A stretch of DNA of 64,000 nucleotides from Candidatus Latescibacterota bacterium (lineage in GTDB: Bacteria; Latescibacterota; UBA2968; GCA-2709665). Location of the stretch: positions 992,001 through 1,056,000 of the forward strand of contig OZ252100.1 of the NCBI GenBank assembly GCA_965248435.1. Reading direction: 5' to 3'. Under the pieces are notes generated by a model, which ran no database searches, had not been told where the DNA came from, and was given only the letters and a program-made list of their open reading frames with translations. Shown here in pieces: positions 39,514 to 49,089 of this stretch (position 1 is the stretch's first letter; each line of letters starts with the position of its first letter). Both the position numbers and the translations under genes were made by a program.

Positions 39514-40036
39514 GATTGCCTCTCTTAAAGCTCCTGCACAAACCACGCCAACGTAGTTGGGCACTCAGTACCAACACCGGCGCTCCAGGGCACTCATCAA
39601 TCCTTCTACTGAGTAGCATCTTAAAAGCATGCCGTGCTTTAAGTCTGGCAAACTTTCTTTCGGGAATCTCTACAACGCTTCCCATGGCCTCAGTAAACCT
39701 TGTGTGGAGACGCTTATTTTCGTCCTCATCTTTTCCCCTGTATTCAGAATACGATTCCCGGTAATCAGATTTCAGCACACTCAATTTCTTTACGGCCTCA
39801 TCATGCAAAGCTGATTTTCCCTCCCAATCCACCCGAAACCCAACTAATGCGAACACAAAAACAAGGATGGAGGCCAATCCGAGACCAAGTTTGATTGTAT
39901 CAGGCCTTAGGCCAAAGTAGGCTTCTATTTCGTTATCTGCGAATACAAGCGCGCAAAGAAAGGTTGTTGTTACTAGCAATGCGAGATTCAAAGAAAGCGC
40001 ACGGCGGATGTAATTGTCCCTTTCTAAGGCGTGCAT
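39506..40036 (-). CDS. Two-TM SLATT-like effector protein, probably 5'-clipped
   Basis: Two TM helices followed by a helical tail ending in VVEIPERKF; the frame stays open upstream to the junction (LKSENDRQYDTINQTLS-M); overlaps the downstream gene. Confidence 0.55.
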   Translation of the reverse strand: MHALERDNYIRRALSLNLALLVTTTFLCALVFADNEIEAYFGLRPDTIKLGLGLASILVFVFALVGFRVDWEGKSALHDEAVKKLSVLKSDYRESYSEYRGKDEDENKRLHTRFTEAMGSVVEIPERKFARLKARHAFKMLLSRRIDECPGAPVLVLSAQLRWRGLCRSFKRGNHG

Positions 40037-40038
40037 GC

Positions 40039-40530
40039 TTAGGGTTTGATTAATGGTATCATACTGGCGATCATTTTCGCTCTTGAGACATCTTCTCTGC
40101 AGATCACCTGATTCCGCGCGTTCAGGAAAACCGCCACAAAGTACTCCTTCCTGCGGTCCTTGATGTCGGACACGATCGGCACGAGATCCGCTGGGCTCGT
40201 GATCGTGGGCGCGATTCCGATTCCTTTTCCAAGTCCTCTGCGCGAGAATTCGAACGCCGCCATCATCCCTGCGGCCTTCGCGCGTCCGATCCCCTTGATC
40301 CGCGTCAACTCGGCGAGGCCCATCTTCATCAACTCCTCCGGCGAGCGCTTCACGAGGATCTCCGAGGCGATCTCCAGTACGTTTTTCCCCTCATAGCCGG
40401 TTCTGAGCAAGACAGCGAGCAGCTCCTCATTACGGAGTGCCTCTGGTCCCAACCGCTCCATCTTCTCGCGGGGCAGGTCTATGTCGGCAACACCGGGAAA
40501 TCCCTCACGCATACTCATACACAAAGCCAT
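40039..40530 (-). pseudogene. radC: radC (JAB/MPN family), 3'-truncated at about 40084
   Basis: PREKMERLGPEALRNEELLAVLLRTG, IKGIGRAKA, KEYFVAVFLNARNQVI..DVS, then an unrelated tail; HPRE and HNHPSG are absent. Confidence 0.9.
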
Positions 40531-40552
40531 TTGTCAATGCGACCCGCTACCC

Positions 40553-40741
40553 GATTCTGGAGTATTGGGGATACTCCTTGTGTTTCCACTACGCGATCAC
40601 AAATGTGATTCTGGAGTTTTGCAGTACTGGAGTGTTGGAAAAACCTGTTTTCTCATCCCTCCATTACTCCATTCCCCCATTACTCCAACACTCACGCTTT
40701 TTTCTCGGTTCCCATTACTCCATTCCCCCCATTACTCCAGC
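40553..40741. repeat. Short TGGAGT / CCATTACTCCA repeat cluster
   Basis: TGGAGT at 40558, 40612 and 40628; CCATTACTCCA at 40661, 40677, 40712 and 40729. Confidence 0.8.
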
Positions 40742-40912
40742 AATCAGGTTTTTGTTCATCATTCCTCCCCCGCAAATTCCGTTCCGAAAACAAACAGGGG
40801 AAGATCCCCTTTTCCGAATTGGGATCTTCCCCTGTCGTTCCAAACCTCGGCAACAAGGTCTGAACAGGTCGTTCACTCAGTCAAGCAAAAGACGTTCAGA
40901 GATCACACTTCG

Positions 40913-43003
40913 CTACTCTTCGCTCTCCTCTTCTGGCAGCGCATTCCTCAAGGCCCGGGCAACCTGTTCCAGCCGCATGGGTTTTTCCAGCAGACCATCG
41001 ACCTGCTCGGATATTTCGCCCCTCATCCCGGCTCGATATCCGGTCATGACGACGATCCGGAGATCCGGATTGCGTGCCTTCAAGGCCTCGACAAGCTTCT
41101 TTCCTCCCATGCCGGGCATCACCATGTCCGTCAAGACGAGACGGATCGAATCTTCGTGCTCATCGAAAAGGCTCAGTGCCTGCAGACCGTCTCTTGCACT
41201 GAGGACCTTATAGTTCAATCCCTCGAGCATCGTCTTGAGCACGTTCAAAACATCATCTTCGTCCTCCACCACCAGTATCGTCTCACCGCTGCCGCTTAAG
41301 ATTCGACTTTCCGAGACCTCCAATGGGGCCCCCTCACCGGCGACCTCAGGCAGGTAGATCCTGAACGTCGTTCCCTTTCCCAGGTCGCTTTCCACATCGA
41401 TGTAGCCCTCGTGCTGCTTCACGATGCCGTATACCTGGGCAAGTCCCAAACCCGTGCCCTCTCCCTGGCTCTTGGTCGTGAAGAAAGGTTCAAACAGGTG
41501 ATCTTTCACATCGGGGGTCATTCCTGAACCCGTGTCACTTACGGCCAGCACGATCCAGTCCCCCGATGTAACGTTCGGGGACGTTCGCGAATGCGGCCTC
41601 ACGGACATACTTTCACCAGAACCCAGGCGGAGCCGTGAAAGCTGGATGCGCAGATCGCCACCATCCGGCATCGCATCCCGAGCGTTGACGGCCAGGTTCG
41701 TCACGACCTGCTGCAGCTGCGTCAAGTTCCCTTCTACAACGCAGTGTGTCTCGCCCAACTCAGTCGTCACGCGCATGGTCTCAGGCAGCGTACGCTCAAG
41801 CATCTTGATGGCTTCCTTCAAGAAGGACGCCAAGTCTATCGGCTGCCGCTGGGCGACCGTCTTGCGGCTGAAATCAAGAATTTGGCGTATGAGTTGTGCG
41901 GCACGATCGCCCTGAGTGACGATCGTCTTCAGGGTATCCTTTATGGACTCGGGGGTATCCTTTCGCATCTTCAACAGATCGGCGAACCCCGTTATGACCG
42001 TCAAAAGGTTGTTGAAGTCGTGTGCGATTCCGGCGGCGAGCTGCCCGACGGCGGCCAGCCGATCCCGAAGTTGGATCCTGAGCTGTGTCTCGCGTTCTCT
42101 GGTCACGTCCCGTATCACGACCAGCCACCCGACATCTTCCAGTTCGCTTCCGGTCGTGTGGCATTCGACTTCAAAGATCTTCTCGGTTGAACCTTCAAGT
42201 ACGAGCTCGTGGGCCAACCCATCTTCACGCGGCTTTAGCAACCGTTCGATTTCATGCCCACCGAGGCTTGCGATCGACTCATCTGCGCGATATTCCGCCA
42301 GTGAGGTCAAGTACGCTTCGCCCAATTTGTTCGCAAGAATAAGCTGTTTGTCCGGTCTGAGCAGGCAGACGCCGTCTGGCAAGTGTTCCACCAGACCCTT
42401 CAACAGCTCCTCGCTCTTTCGCATCGCCTCTTCTATGACCTGCCGCCCGGAAATCTCCCGCTGAAGATATTCATTGGCGTGCCTCAATTCCTTATTCCGC
42501 TCCTCCACCCGACCTTCCAGTTCATCCAGCGTATCCTGGAGGGCGCCCTCCATATGCTTCTGCTCAGTATTGTCACGCACCACTACGAACAGCTCGTTGC
42601 TGAGCAGCGGCATCAGTCTCGCCTCGAACTTCCTGCCTCCAATTGGCAGTGTCAATGGGAATTCGATCGTGGCCAGCGATTGGGTATCAAAGACCTGGGA
42701 AATCGTTTCTTCGAACATCTGCCCTATGTCGCGGGGGAGCACCTCCTGCAGTCGTCGACCCAGAAGTCCCTTGGGCGAGAGGTTCAATTCCGAGACCTTG
42801 CCCGCGTTGCAGTCAACGATTATGCCGTCTGGATCAAGCCGAAAATAGAGATCCGGAAAGGCGTGCAGAATCTCCGTATGCTCGGCGATGACTCTGAACG
42901 CCCAGTCCCTCTCGACCTCGGCCGTCTCCAGGTCTGCGATCCGCCGACGAAGCTCTGCTAGTTTACTCACGAGCTGGTCCCTGGTCTTCTCTTCATCATT
43001 CAT
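40913..43003 (-). CDS. PAS-domain hybrid histidine kinase with receiver domain
   Basis: AHDFNNLL, NLAVNARDAM, DTGSGM, GTGLGL, ILVVEDE, LTDMVMPGMGG. Confidence 0.95.
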   Translation of the reverse strand: MNDEEKTRDQLVSKLAELRRRIADLETAEVERDWAFRVIAEHTEILHAFPDLYFRLDPDGIIVDCNAGKVSELNLSPKGLLGRRLQEVLPRDIGQMFEETISQVFDTQSLATIEFPLTLPIGGRKFEARLMPLLSNELFVVVRDNTEQKHMEGALQDTLDELEGRVEERNKELRHANEYLQREISGRQVIEEAMRKSEELLKGLVEHLPDGVCLLRPDKQLILANKLGEAYLTSLAEYRADESIASLGGHEIERLLKPREDGLAHELVLEGSTEKIFEVECHTTGSELEDVGWLVVIRDVTRERETQLRIQLRDRLAAVGQLAAGIAHDFNNLLTVITGFADLLKMRKDTPESIKDTLKTIVTQGDRAAQLIRQILDFSRKTVAQRQPIDLASFLKEAIKMLERTLPETMRVTTELGETHCVVEGNLTQLQQVVTNLAVNARDAMPDGGDLRIQLSRLRLGSGESMSVRPHSRTSPNVTSGDWIVLAVSDTGSGMTPDVKDHLFEPFFTTKSQGEGTGLGLAQVYGIVKQHEGYIDVESDLGKGTTFRIYLPEVAGEGAPLEVSESRILSGSGETILVVEDEDDVLNVLKTMLEGLNYKVLSARDGLQALSLFDEHEDSIRLVLTDMVMPGMGGKKLVEALKARNPDLRIVVMTGYRAGMRGEISEQVDGLLEKPMRLEQVARALRNALPEEESEE

Positions 43004-43102
43004 GATTCGAATCCCCGGTCACTTCTCGAATGAGATTCCCCCGAATAGGGATTCCGGCTTATCGTTTTACAATTTAAGTGTGAATAACCGGATTGTCAAT
43101 TT

Positions 43103-44611
43103 CTACTCATGTTCGGACGACTCCGCAAAGGGTTCAGCCGGTTTTTTCGTCTGTTTGGGAAGCGAAGCCGTGAAGGTCGTCCCATCTTCTTCGCTGGAAG
43201 TCACCCCGATCCGGCCCCCGTGTGCCTCTATGAACAACCTCGCGATCGTCGTGCCCAAGCCCGTGCCCTTCTTGTCTCGCTTTGTCGTGTTGAACTTTTC
43301 GAAAATCGTCTTCAGGCGATCCTCCGATATCGGCGGACCCCAGTTGTGTACGCCCACTGAAACCATCTTACCCTCATCCAATACACGCACGGTGACCTCA
43401 CCCGGGTCGTGCTCCAGGGCGTTCTTGACCAGGTTGGAGACCACCCTGTGGATCTTCTGGATATCGTACTTGCAGTAAAGCGCGGATGTAGCTTCAGCCG
43501 TCTCGTGAGGGATCAGCTTGACCCGACCCTCGCTGCGCTCCACATCCTGACTCAATTCGGCCTCCTGAATCGCCTCTTTCAGCGTTTCGTAGAGGTCGTG
43601 TTTCAAGGGCTGCAAAGGAATCTGGCCGCGCTCATAATCCTGTACCTCACGGGTCAGGTTCAGCAGGTTTTCCAGGCGTTTTCCCCCTCGCCAGATGGCA
43701 TCGAGATACTTTTGGACCTTCTCATCCGTCACGACGTCCTGGAAGTCCTGGAGAATGGGGGTGAGCGGCGCCCTCAGTTCGTGGCGAATAAAGGAATCCC
43801 AATCGTTGCGCAGTTCCTTCATCCTGGCCTCCAGGGCCTTTCGCGCAGATATGTCCAGAACGGACTCGATGAAGATCTGGTCCTCTCCCCTCGGGACGAC
43901 TCGAAGTTGAATTTCCACTGGAATCTCCGACCCGTCTTTTCCGTGCACCTGCATCTCGTAACCGGTCAGCTCCCCCCGATCCTGCTTCCTTCTTTCTTGA
44001 TCCACGACCTCCCACGATTCGGAATGCACCGAATCATACTCTAAGCTCATCAACTCACCGAGCGAGAAGCCGGTCAACTCGCTGGCCCGTTGATTCGCCT
44101 GGTAGATCTGACCTGATTCAGGATCCCCGATAAAGATCGCATCTGCGATGCTCTCGAACAGTCCCCGATACTGCTGCTCCAGGACCTTGATTTCGCGCAG
44201 ATCCCGAAGGCGGACCATGAAGCTCTTCGGATCCTGCCCTTGAATCAGCCTCATACCCAGCATCATCGGAATGTCTCTTCCCTCCCGGGGGATCACATCC
44301 ACTTCGACTTCTGGCATATGTGTCCCCTCCAGGACACCCCTCAGCAACATCTCGAACTCAGAGCGACTCTCGGCAGAGAGCTGGTCGTGGATCAGTCTCC
44401 CTTCCAGATCTCCCTGACTATGGCCGAGCACATCTTTGCATCTCGAATTGGCAATGAGGATCTTTCCATCCCGATTGATCGTCATCAGGAGATCCGGGGT
44501 CGAATCGAAGAGGTACTGATAGAAGCTTTCCGACCCTTCGAGAGATGCGGGCTTGGAATCCAAGAGGACCTCGTTGCTTAAACTCGAATCGGATTTACGC
44601 GTATTACTCAC
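43103..44611 (-). CDS. PAS-PAS sensor histidine kinase
   Basis: HELRAPLT, NLVKNALEH, GTGLG; GTG start overlaps the LOG stop codon. Confidence 0.9.
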   Translation of the reverse strand: MSNTRKSDSSLSNEVLLDSKPASLEGSESFYQYLFDSTPDLLMTINRDGKILIANSRCKDVLGHSQGDLEGRLIHDQLSAESRSEFEMLLRGVLEGTHMPEVEVDVIPREGRDIPMMLGMRLIQGQDPKSFMVRLRDLREIKVLEQQYRGLFESIADAIFIGDPESGQIYQANQRASELTGFSLGELMSLEYDSVHSESWEVVDQERRKQDRGELTGYEMQVHGKDGSEIPVEIQLRVVPRGEDQIFIESVLDISARKALEARMKELRNDWDSFIRHELRAPLTPILQDFQDVVTDEKVQKYLDAIWRGGKRLENLLNLTREVQDYERGQIPLQPLKHDLYETLKEAIQEAELSQDVERSEGRVKLIPHETAEATSALYCKYDIQKIHRVVSNLVKNALEHDPGEVTVRVLDEGKMVSVGVHNWGPPISEDRLKTIFEKFNTTKRDKKGTGLGTTIARLFIEAHGGRIGVTSSEEDGTTFTASLPKQTKKPAEPFAESSEHE

Positions 44612-45426
44612 TTCAGATAGTGTCGTTCCATCTCCTCTTTGAGGTAGTTGAACGCCTCCAGAGGAGAATCGACGACTTGAAAGAGATCCAGATCTTCGGG
44701 GCTGATCGTGCCCCATTTTACCATGGCATCGAAGTTGATCACTTCTCGCCAATAGTCTCGCCCGTAGACGACAATCGGGATGGGTCTGGGTATTTTTTGG
44801 GTTTGAAGCAGAGTAAGCACCTCCATCAACTCATCGCACGTACCCACACCCCCGGGAAAGATCGCCATACCTTTGGCCATGTAGACAAACCAGTACTTTC
44901 GCATGAAGAAATAATGAAATTCGAAATTCAACCTCTCTGAGATGTAAGGATTGGGAACTTGCTCGAACGGGAGGCTGATGTTCAATCCGATCGAATCGCC
45001 GCCCGCCGCCGCAGCTCCGCGATTTGCGGCCTCCATAATCCCCGGCCCGCCTCCAGAGCAGACCACGAAACGGCGCCCTCCCTTCAATCCGAGAGACCAC
45101 TCCGTGAGAAGACGCGCAAGCTCGGCGGCTTCATCATAGTACCGCGACATCTCAAGCGCTGCCTGTGCTGCATCCAGGTCTCGCGATGGCGCCTGGCTCG
45201 GGTCCTGGCGTTGCTTCTGAACCTCGATTTGCCGCTTTGCCTCTTCGCGAGGAAAGACGCGAGCCGACCCGAAGAAGACCACCGTGTCGCGAACCTTTTC
45301 CTGCCTGAATCGCCGAAGCGGCTCCAGGTATTCTGCCAGAATTCGGATGGTTCGGCCATCCCGGCTGCTCAAGAATCTCGGATTCCTGTAAGCTTTCTCA
45401 CCCATAAAAGGTTCTTGGGACACCAC
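44608..45426 (-). CDS. LOG family protein (TIGR00730-like)
   Basis: FFGSAR, SGGGPGIMEAANRGA, FFMRKYWF, PGGVGTCDE. Confidence 0.93.
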   Translation of the reverse strand: MVSQEPFMGEKAYRNPRFLSSRDGRTIRILAEYLEPLRRFRQEKVRDTVVFFGSARVFPREEAKRQIEVQKQRQDPSQAPSRDLDAAQAALEMSRYYDEAAELARLLTEWSLGLKGGRRFVVCSGGGPGIMEAANRGAAAAGGDSIGLNISLPFEQVPNPYISERLNFEFHYFFMRKYWFVYMAKGMAIFPGGVGTCDELMEVLTLLQTQKIPRPIPIVVYGRDYWREVINFDAMVKWGTISPEDLDLFQVVDSPLEAFNYLKEEMERHYLK

Positions 45427-45702
45427 CTGTCTCTTTCTAACATTTTGAAAATAAAAACGTTGACGGTAAAAACAGGCCGCAGTATAAAATCAATCCGAAT
45501 CGAAGTCAACCCCTTTCTGGGATTCAGGCGCACTCATGAAAAAGCCTTGATTTTGACGTTTACCTATGCTAGTATCACGGCATATCCTATTTACCTCCCG
45601 ACGCGCGCCGAGATCACAACAGAAAAGGGGTCACCGTGGTCTTCCCCCTGCCCATCGATCTTTCCAGAACGATTCTCGCTCAAGGTCAAAGCTGAACACA
45701 TC

Positions 45703-46797
45703 ATGGGCGCTCTCCTCACCGCCTGGATGGTCCTTGGCGCCCTTTACTACCTCCTCATCCTGGCCTTCTGGGTCGGGCTCCATCGCCTGAAGGCAGGATC
45801 GAGTACCGAGAAACCATCCATCACGGTCGTCATCGCCGCTCGCAACGAATCAGAAACCATCGATGCCTGCCTTTCCGCCCTCGCAGCCCAGGACTACCCC
45901 GCCGACCGGATGGAGGTCGTGGTCGTCGACGACAGATCCTCCGATGACACGGTCGCACGCGCCTGTCGCTGGGTAGGCCGCCTCCCGAGTCTTCGGGTCC
46001 TCAGTGTCGCTCGGGCGCATCACCTCTGTCCAAAGAAGAACGCCCTCGACGTCGGGATTCGTGCTGGAACAGGCGAACTGATCCTGACGACCGATGCGGA
46101 CTGTCGCCCCCCACCCGGTTGGATCGATGCGACGGCCAGTGCCTTTGAACCCGATGTCGGGATGGTCCTCGGACACGCGCCGCTCGTCCCGAAATCCGGC
46201 GTCATCCAGGCCCTGCTGGCCCTGCAGGCACTCGTTGTTTCGGCTCTGGGGGCTGGCAGCGCGGGTGTTGGATTCCCGCTGACCTGCTCGGGCCGTAACC
46301 TGGGCTACCGCCGTAGCGCATTCTATCAAGCAGGAGGCTTTGAAGAGATCGGAGATGTTCCTGGCGGTGACGACGTCCTGTTGATGCGCAAGATCGCCTC
46401 CAGGACGGCCTGGAAGGTTCGCTTCAACGCATCTCCCGGTGTTCCCTCCAGCCCTCATGCAGATCGACTGCTTCGCCGACAGCTCCGCTACCAGTCCAAG
46501 TCCCTGCATTACGGCGTTCCAGCCTTGCTTATGGCCCTACCTGTCTATATATTCCACGTGGCCCTGGCATTCGGCCCATTTTTTGTCGTTCGTTTTCCTG
46601 AATTCTGGGCTGTGCTGGGAAGTTTGGTTGTCGGCAAGGTGCTCGCCGACGGCCTCCTCCTTTGGACAGCGGCTTCCCGGTTTAAGTCTCGGCGATCGAT
46701 GGTCTGGTTTCCCGTGCTGGAGTTCATTTCCGTCCCTTACATCGTCTTCTTTTCTGGACTCGGAGCCCTTAGAACCTCCAGGTGGGAGTCATCCTGA
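45703..46797 (+). CDS. Membrane glycosyltransferase family 2
   Basis: IAARNE, VVDDRSSD, TTDAD, GGDD; start trimmed to MGALL. Confidence 0.9.
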   Translation: MGALLTAWMVLGALYYLLILAFWVGLHRLKAGSSTEKPSITVVIAARNESETIDACLSALAAQDYPADRMEVVVVDDRSSDDTVARACRWVGRLPSLRVLSVARAHHLCPKKNALDVGIRAGTGELILTTDADCRPPPGWIDATASAFEPDVGMVLGHAPLVPKSGVIQALLALQALVVSALGAGSAGVGFPLTCSGRNLGYRRSAFYQAGGFEEIGDVPGGDDVLLMRKIASRTAWKVRFNASPGVPSSPHADRLLRRQLRYQSKSLHYGVPALLMALPVYIFHVALAFGPFFVVRFPEFWAVLGSLVVGKVLADGLLLWTAASRFKSRRSMVWFPVLEFISVPYIVFFSGLGALRTSRWESS

Positions 46798-47855
46798 TGC
46801 TTTCGATGAAGCTGCTTCCTAAGACTTTCCTGAGATACCACCGCACGCTCACCGCGCGCCGCATCTGGAACGCGGCCAAGGTCGTTACCTCCTTCGGCCT
46901 CTCCCGCCTGTTCAAACGTGACGTTCGTTTGGGCAGGCCGTTTGTCTTGATGGTGGAACCGACCAACTTATGCAACCTGAAATGTCCGCTCTGCCCATCC
47001 GGCAACGGACAGCTTACTCGGGATCGTGGAACCATGGCCTTCGACGCGTTCTGCCAGGTCTTCGACGGGCTTGCCGACGACCTCATCCTGCTGATGCTCT
47101 GGAACCAGGGTGAACCGTTCATCAACAAGCGTTTGACCGACATGATTCGCGTCGCAAAATCCCGCAACGTGCCAACGATTACGAGCACCAATGTCCACTA
47201 TATCCGCAGCGCTGAGGATGCCGAAGACATCGTGGATTCGGGGCTTGATGAAATCATCGTCTCGCTGGACGGAGTTTCCCCTGAATCATACGTGCAGTAC
47301 CGTGTGGGTGGCAATTTCGATCGCGTGATGGACGGCATTCGGCTGCTTTCCAGCGCCAAGAGGAAGCTGAAGGCGGATCACCCGGTGATTCATTTGCAGT
47401 TCATCATCATGAAACACAACGAAACAGAGATCGAGGATGCGCGTGAGCTGGCCAGGGACCTCGGCGTCGATCGGCTCTCACTGAAAACGGTCCAGGTCTA
47501 CACCGATGAAGAAGCAGAGACCTACCTGCCGTCGAACGAAGACCACAGTCGTTATCTTTATGATCTCCCGTCGCTCACAACGAAGGGTAAGATCACCAAC
47601 TCGTGCCGGCACCTCTGGTACAGCACAGTCGTGAACTGGGATGGCGCGGTGTCACCCTGCTGCTTCGACAAGGACGTGCACTACGGACTGGGAAATACCC
47701 TCAACGGGCAGACCTTCGATCAAGTATGGTCTGGGGAAAGCTATACCCGATTCAGAAATGCGATTCTGAAAGACCGGGCCTCGGTCCCGATCTGTAATAA
47801 CTGTTCTGAGGGAATAAAGGGCCTCTTCTACGACATCGAGCACGTCCCACACTGA
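46782..47855 (+). CDS. Radical SAM/SPASM domain protein
   Basis: CNLKCPLC; SCRHLW..DGAVSPCC..ICNNC. Confidence 0.92.
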   Translation: MGVILMLSMKLLPKTFLRYHRTLTARRIWNAAKVVTSFGLSRLFKRDVRLGRPFVLMVEPTNLCNLKCPLCPSGNGQLTRDRGTMAFDAFCQVFDGLADDLILLMLWNQGEPFINKRLTDMIRVAKSRNVPTITSTNVHYIRSAEDAEDIVDSGLDEIIVSLDGVSPESYVQYRVGGNFDRVMDGIRLLSSAKRKLKADHPVIHLQFIIMKHNETEIEDARELARDLGVDRLSLKTVQVYTDEEAETYLPSNEDHSRYLYDLPSLTTKGKITNSCRHLWYSTVVNWDGAVSPCCFDKDVHYGLGNTLNGQTFDQVWSGESYTRFRNAILKDRASVPICNNCSEGIKGLFYDIEHVPH

Positions 47856-47885
47856 AAGGAATCGTGCATCTCCCTACTCGACCCC

Positions 47886-49049
47886 ATGGACATGGGTTCC
47901 TGGATACTGCTTTCGGCGACGGGCGTCTACGTCGTCGCTGTCCTGGCCTTTGCCTGGGGATGCAGACGCGTCCCTCCCGGCAAACCCGTAGAAACGGTTC
48001 CGTTCGTCTCCGTCGTCATCGCCGCCCGCAACGAGGAAGCGTACATCGAACGCTGCCTCGAAGGACTGCTGCAGCAGACCTATCCTTCAGACCGGTTTGA
48101 AGTCCTGGTGGTGGATGATGGCTCCGAGGACCGCACTCGGGATGTGGTTGACCGGATCGCGGCCCGAAACGCCCGTGTCCGATGCCTGACTGTTGGGGCG
48201 CGCGAGCCCGCCCTGGCCGCCAAGAAACGTCCTCTTTCGGTAGGCATAAGAGAGGCCCGCGGCGAGATCATCCTGACGACAGACGCGGATTGTCGCGTTC
48301 AGCCCGAGTGGATCATCCGGATGGTGGCATGCTTCATGCCCGATGTCGGGGCGGTCATCGGGTTTTCGCAGGTGAAGGAACCCGGCCAGGTTTCCACCCT
48401 CCTGGAGCGATACCAGGCATTCGACTTCCTGGTCCTGATGTCCGCCGCTGCGGGCGCAGCCAACCTCGGTTACCCGCTCGCCGCCACAGGACAGAATCTG
48501 GCCTATCGGAAATCCTTCTTCGAAAGCGTCGGAGGGTTTCACGAAATCAGGAACCGGCCGTCCGGAGATGACATCCTGCTTCTCCAGCAGATGCGGAAGG
48601 CGGGTGATCTGAGGATCGTTTTCGCGAATCACCCCGGAACCTTCGTAAGCACCTGGCGGACAGAATCCTTGGGGGGATACATCCAGCAACGCCGGCGATG
48701 GGCATCCAACGCCCTCTTTCAGGTCAAACTCAACCCTCCCTTCTTCGCCTACATCGCCGATGTCTTTTTAGTAAACTTGATGATCCCGATAGGCGTTGTC
48801 TTCGGTACCCCGGGAGGTGGGCGTCTCGTTCCGTTTACGTGTTGGTTCGCGAAGGCCTGCGCCGATCTTGTCCTTGCGTGGAGGGGTGCCCGAAGGTTCG
48901 GCCGCCTCGACCTCCTCGGCGCTTTCCCCTTGTGGGAGCTGCTCCAGCCGCTCTACATCGCTGCGATGGGTGTACTGGGGAGCCTTTCCGGTTTCTCTTG
49001 GAAGGGAAGGCAGTATCGCCGGGTGGGGAAGATGATCCCTTCCTCCTGA
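47886..49049 (+). CDS. Membrane glycosyltransferase family 2
   Basis: IAARNEE, VDDGSED, TTDAD, SGDD, QRRRW. Confidence 0.92.
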   Translation: MDMGSWILLSATGVYVVAVLAFAWGCRRVPPGKPVETVPFVSVVIAARNEEAYIERCLEGLLQQTYPSDRFEVLVVDDGSEDRTRDVVDRIAARNARVRCLTVGAREPALAAKKRPLSVGIREARGEIILTTDADCRVQPEWIIRMVACFMPDVGAVIGFSQVKEPGQVSTLLERYQAFDFLVLMSAAAGAANLGYPLAATGQNLAYRKSFFESVGGFHEIRNRPSGDDILLLQQMRKAGDLRIVFANHPGTFVSTWRTESLGGYIQQRRRWASNALFQVKLNPPFFAYIADVFLVNLMIPIGVVFGTPGGGRLVPFTCWFAKACADLVLAWRGARRFGRLDLLGAFPLWELLQPLYIAAMGVLGSLSGFSWKGRQYRRVGKMIPSS

Positions 49050-49089
49050 AAGGGTCCTTTGACGCGACGCTTCATCCAAAAGGTGATCC

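Larger units (their letters stand above)
1..40085. mobile_element. Putative genomic island / accessory region; left end is outside the window
   Basis: Lower GC than 40.1-64 kb by eye; serine recombinase, gene remnants, defence-like and orphan genes; right edge coincides with the radC truncation. The radC 3' half was not found in the window. Confidence 0.65.

Noticed and set aside
40661-40741. CRISPR-like repeats
   Set aside because: Units are 11-28 bp, with no series of unique regular spacers and no cas genes.
40437-41299. 258-aa and 272-aa plus-strand ORFs
   Set aside because: They run through the oligomer repeat and antisense to a clear kinase gene; shadow ORFs.
43720-43790. Apparently short segment after the H-box (HELRAPLTPILQDFQD), suggesting an in-frame deletion
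   Set aside because: Cannot be separated from natural variation without an alignment.
44612-44752. N-terminal extension of the 549-aa kinase ORF
   Set aside because: It overlaps the LOG gene; GTG 44611 coupled to the LOG stop is more plausible.
44959-45702. N-terminal 248 aa of the 612-aa ORF
   Set aside because: Antisense to LOG and the intergenic region; GT2 similarity begins at ATG 45703.
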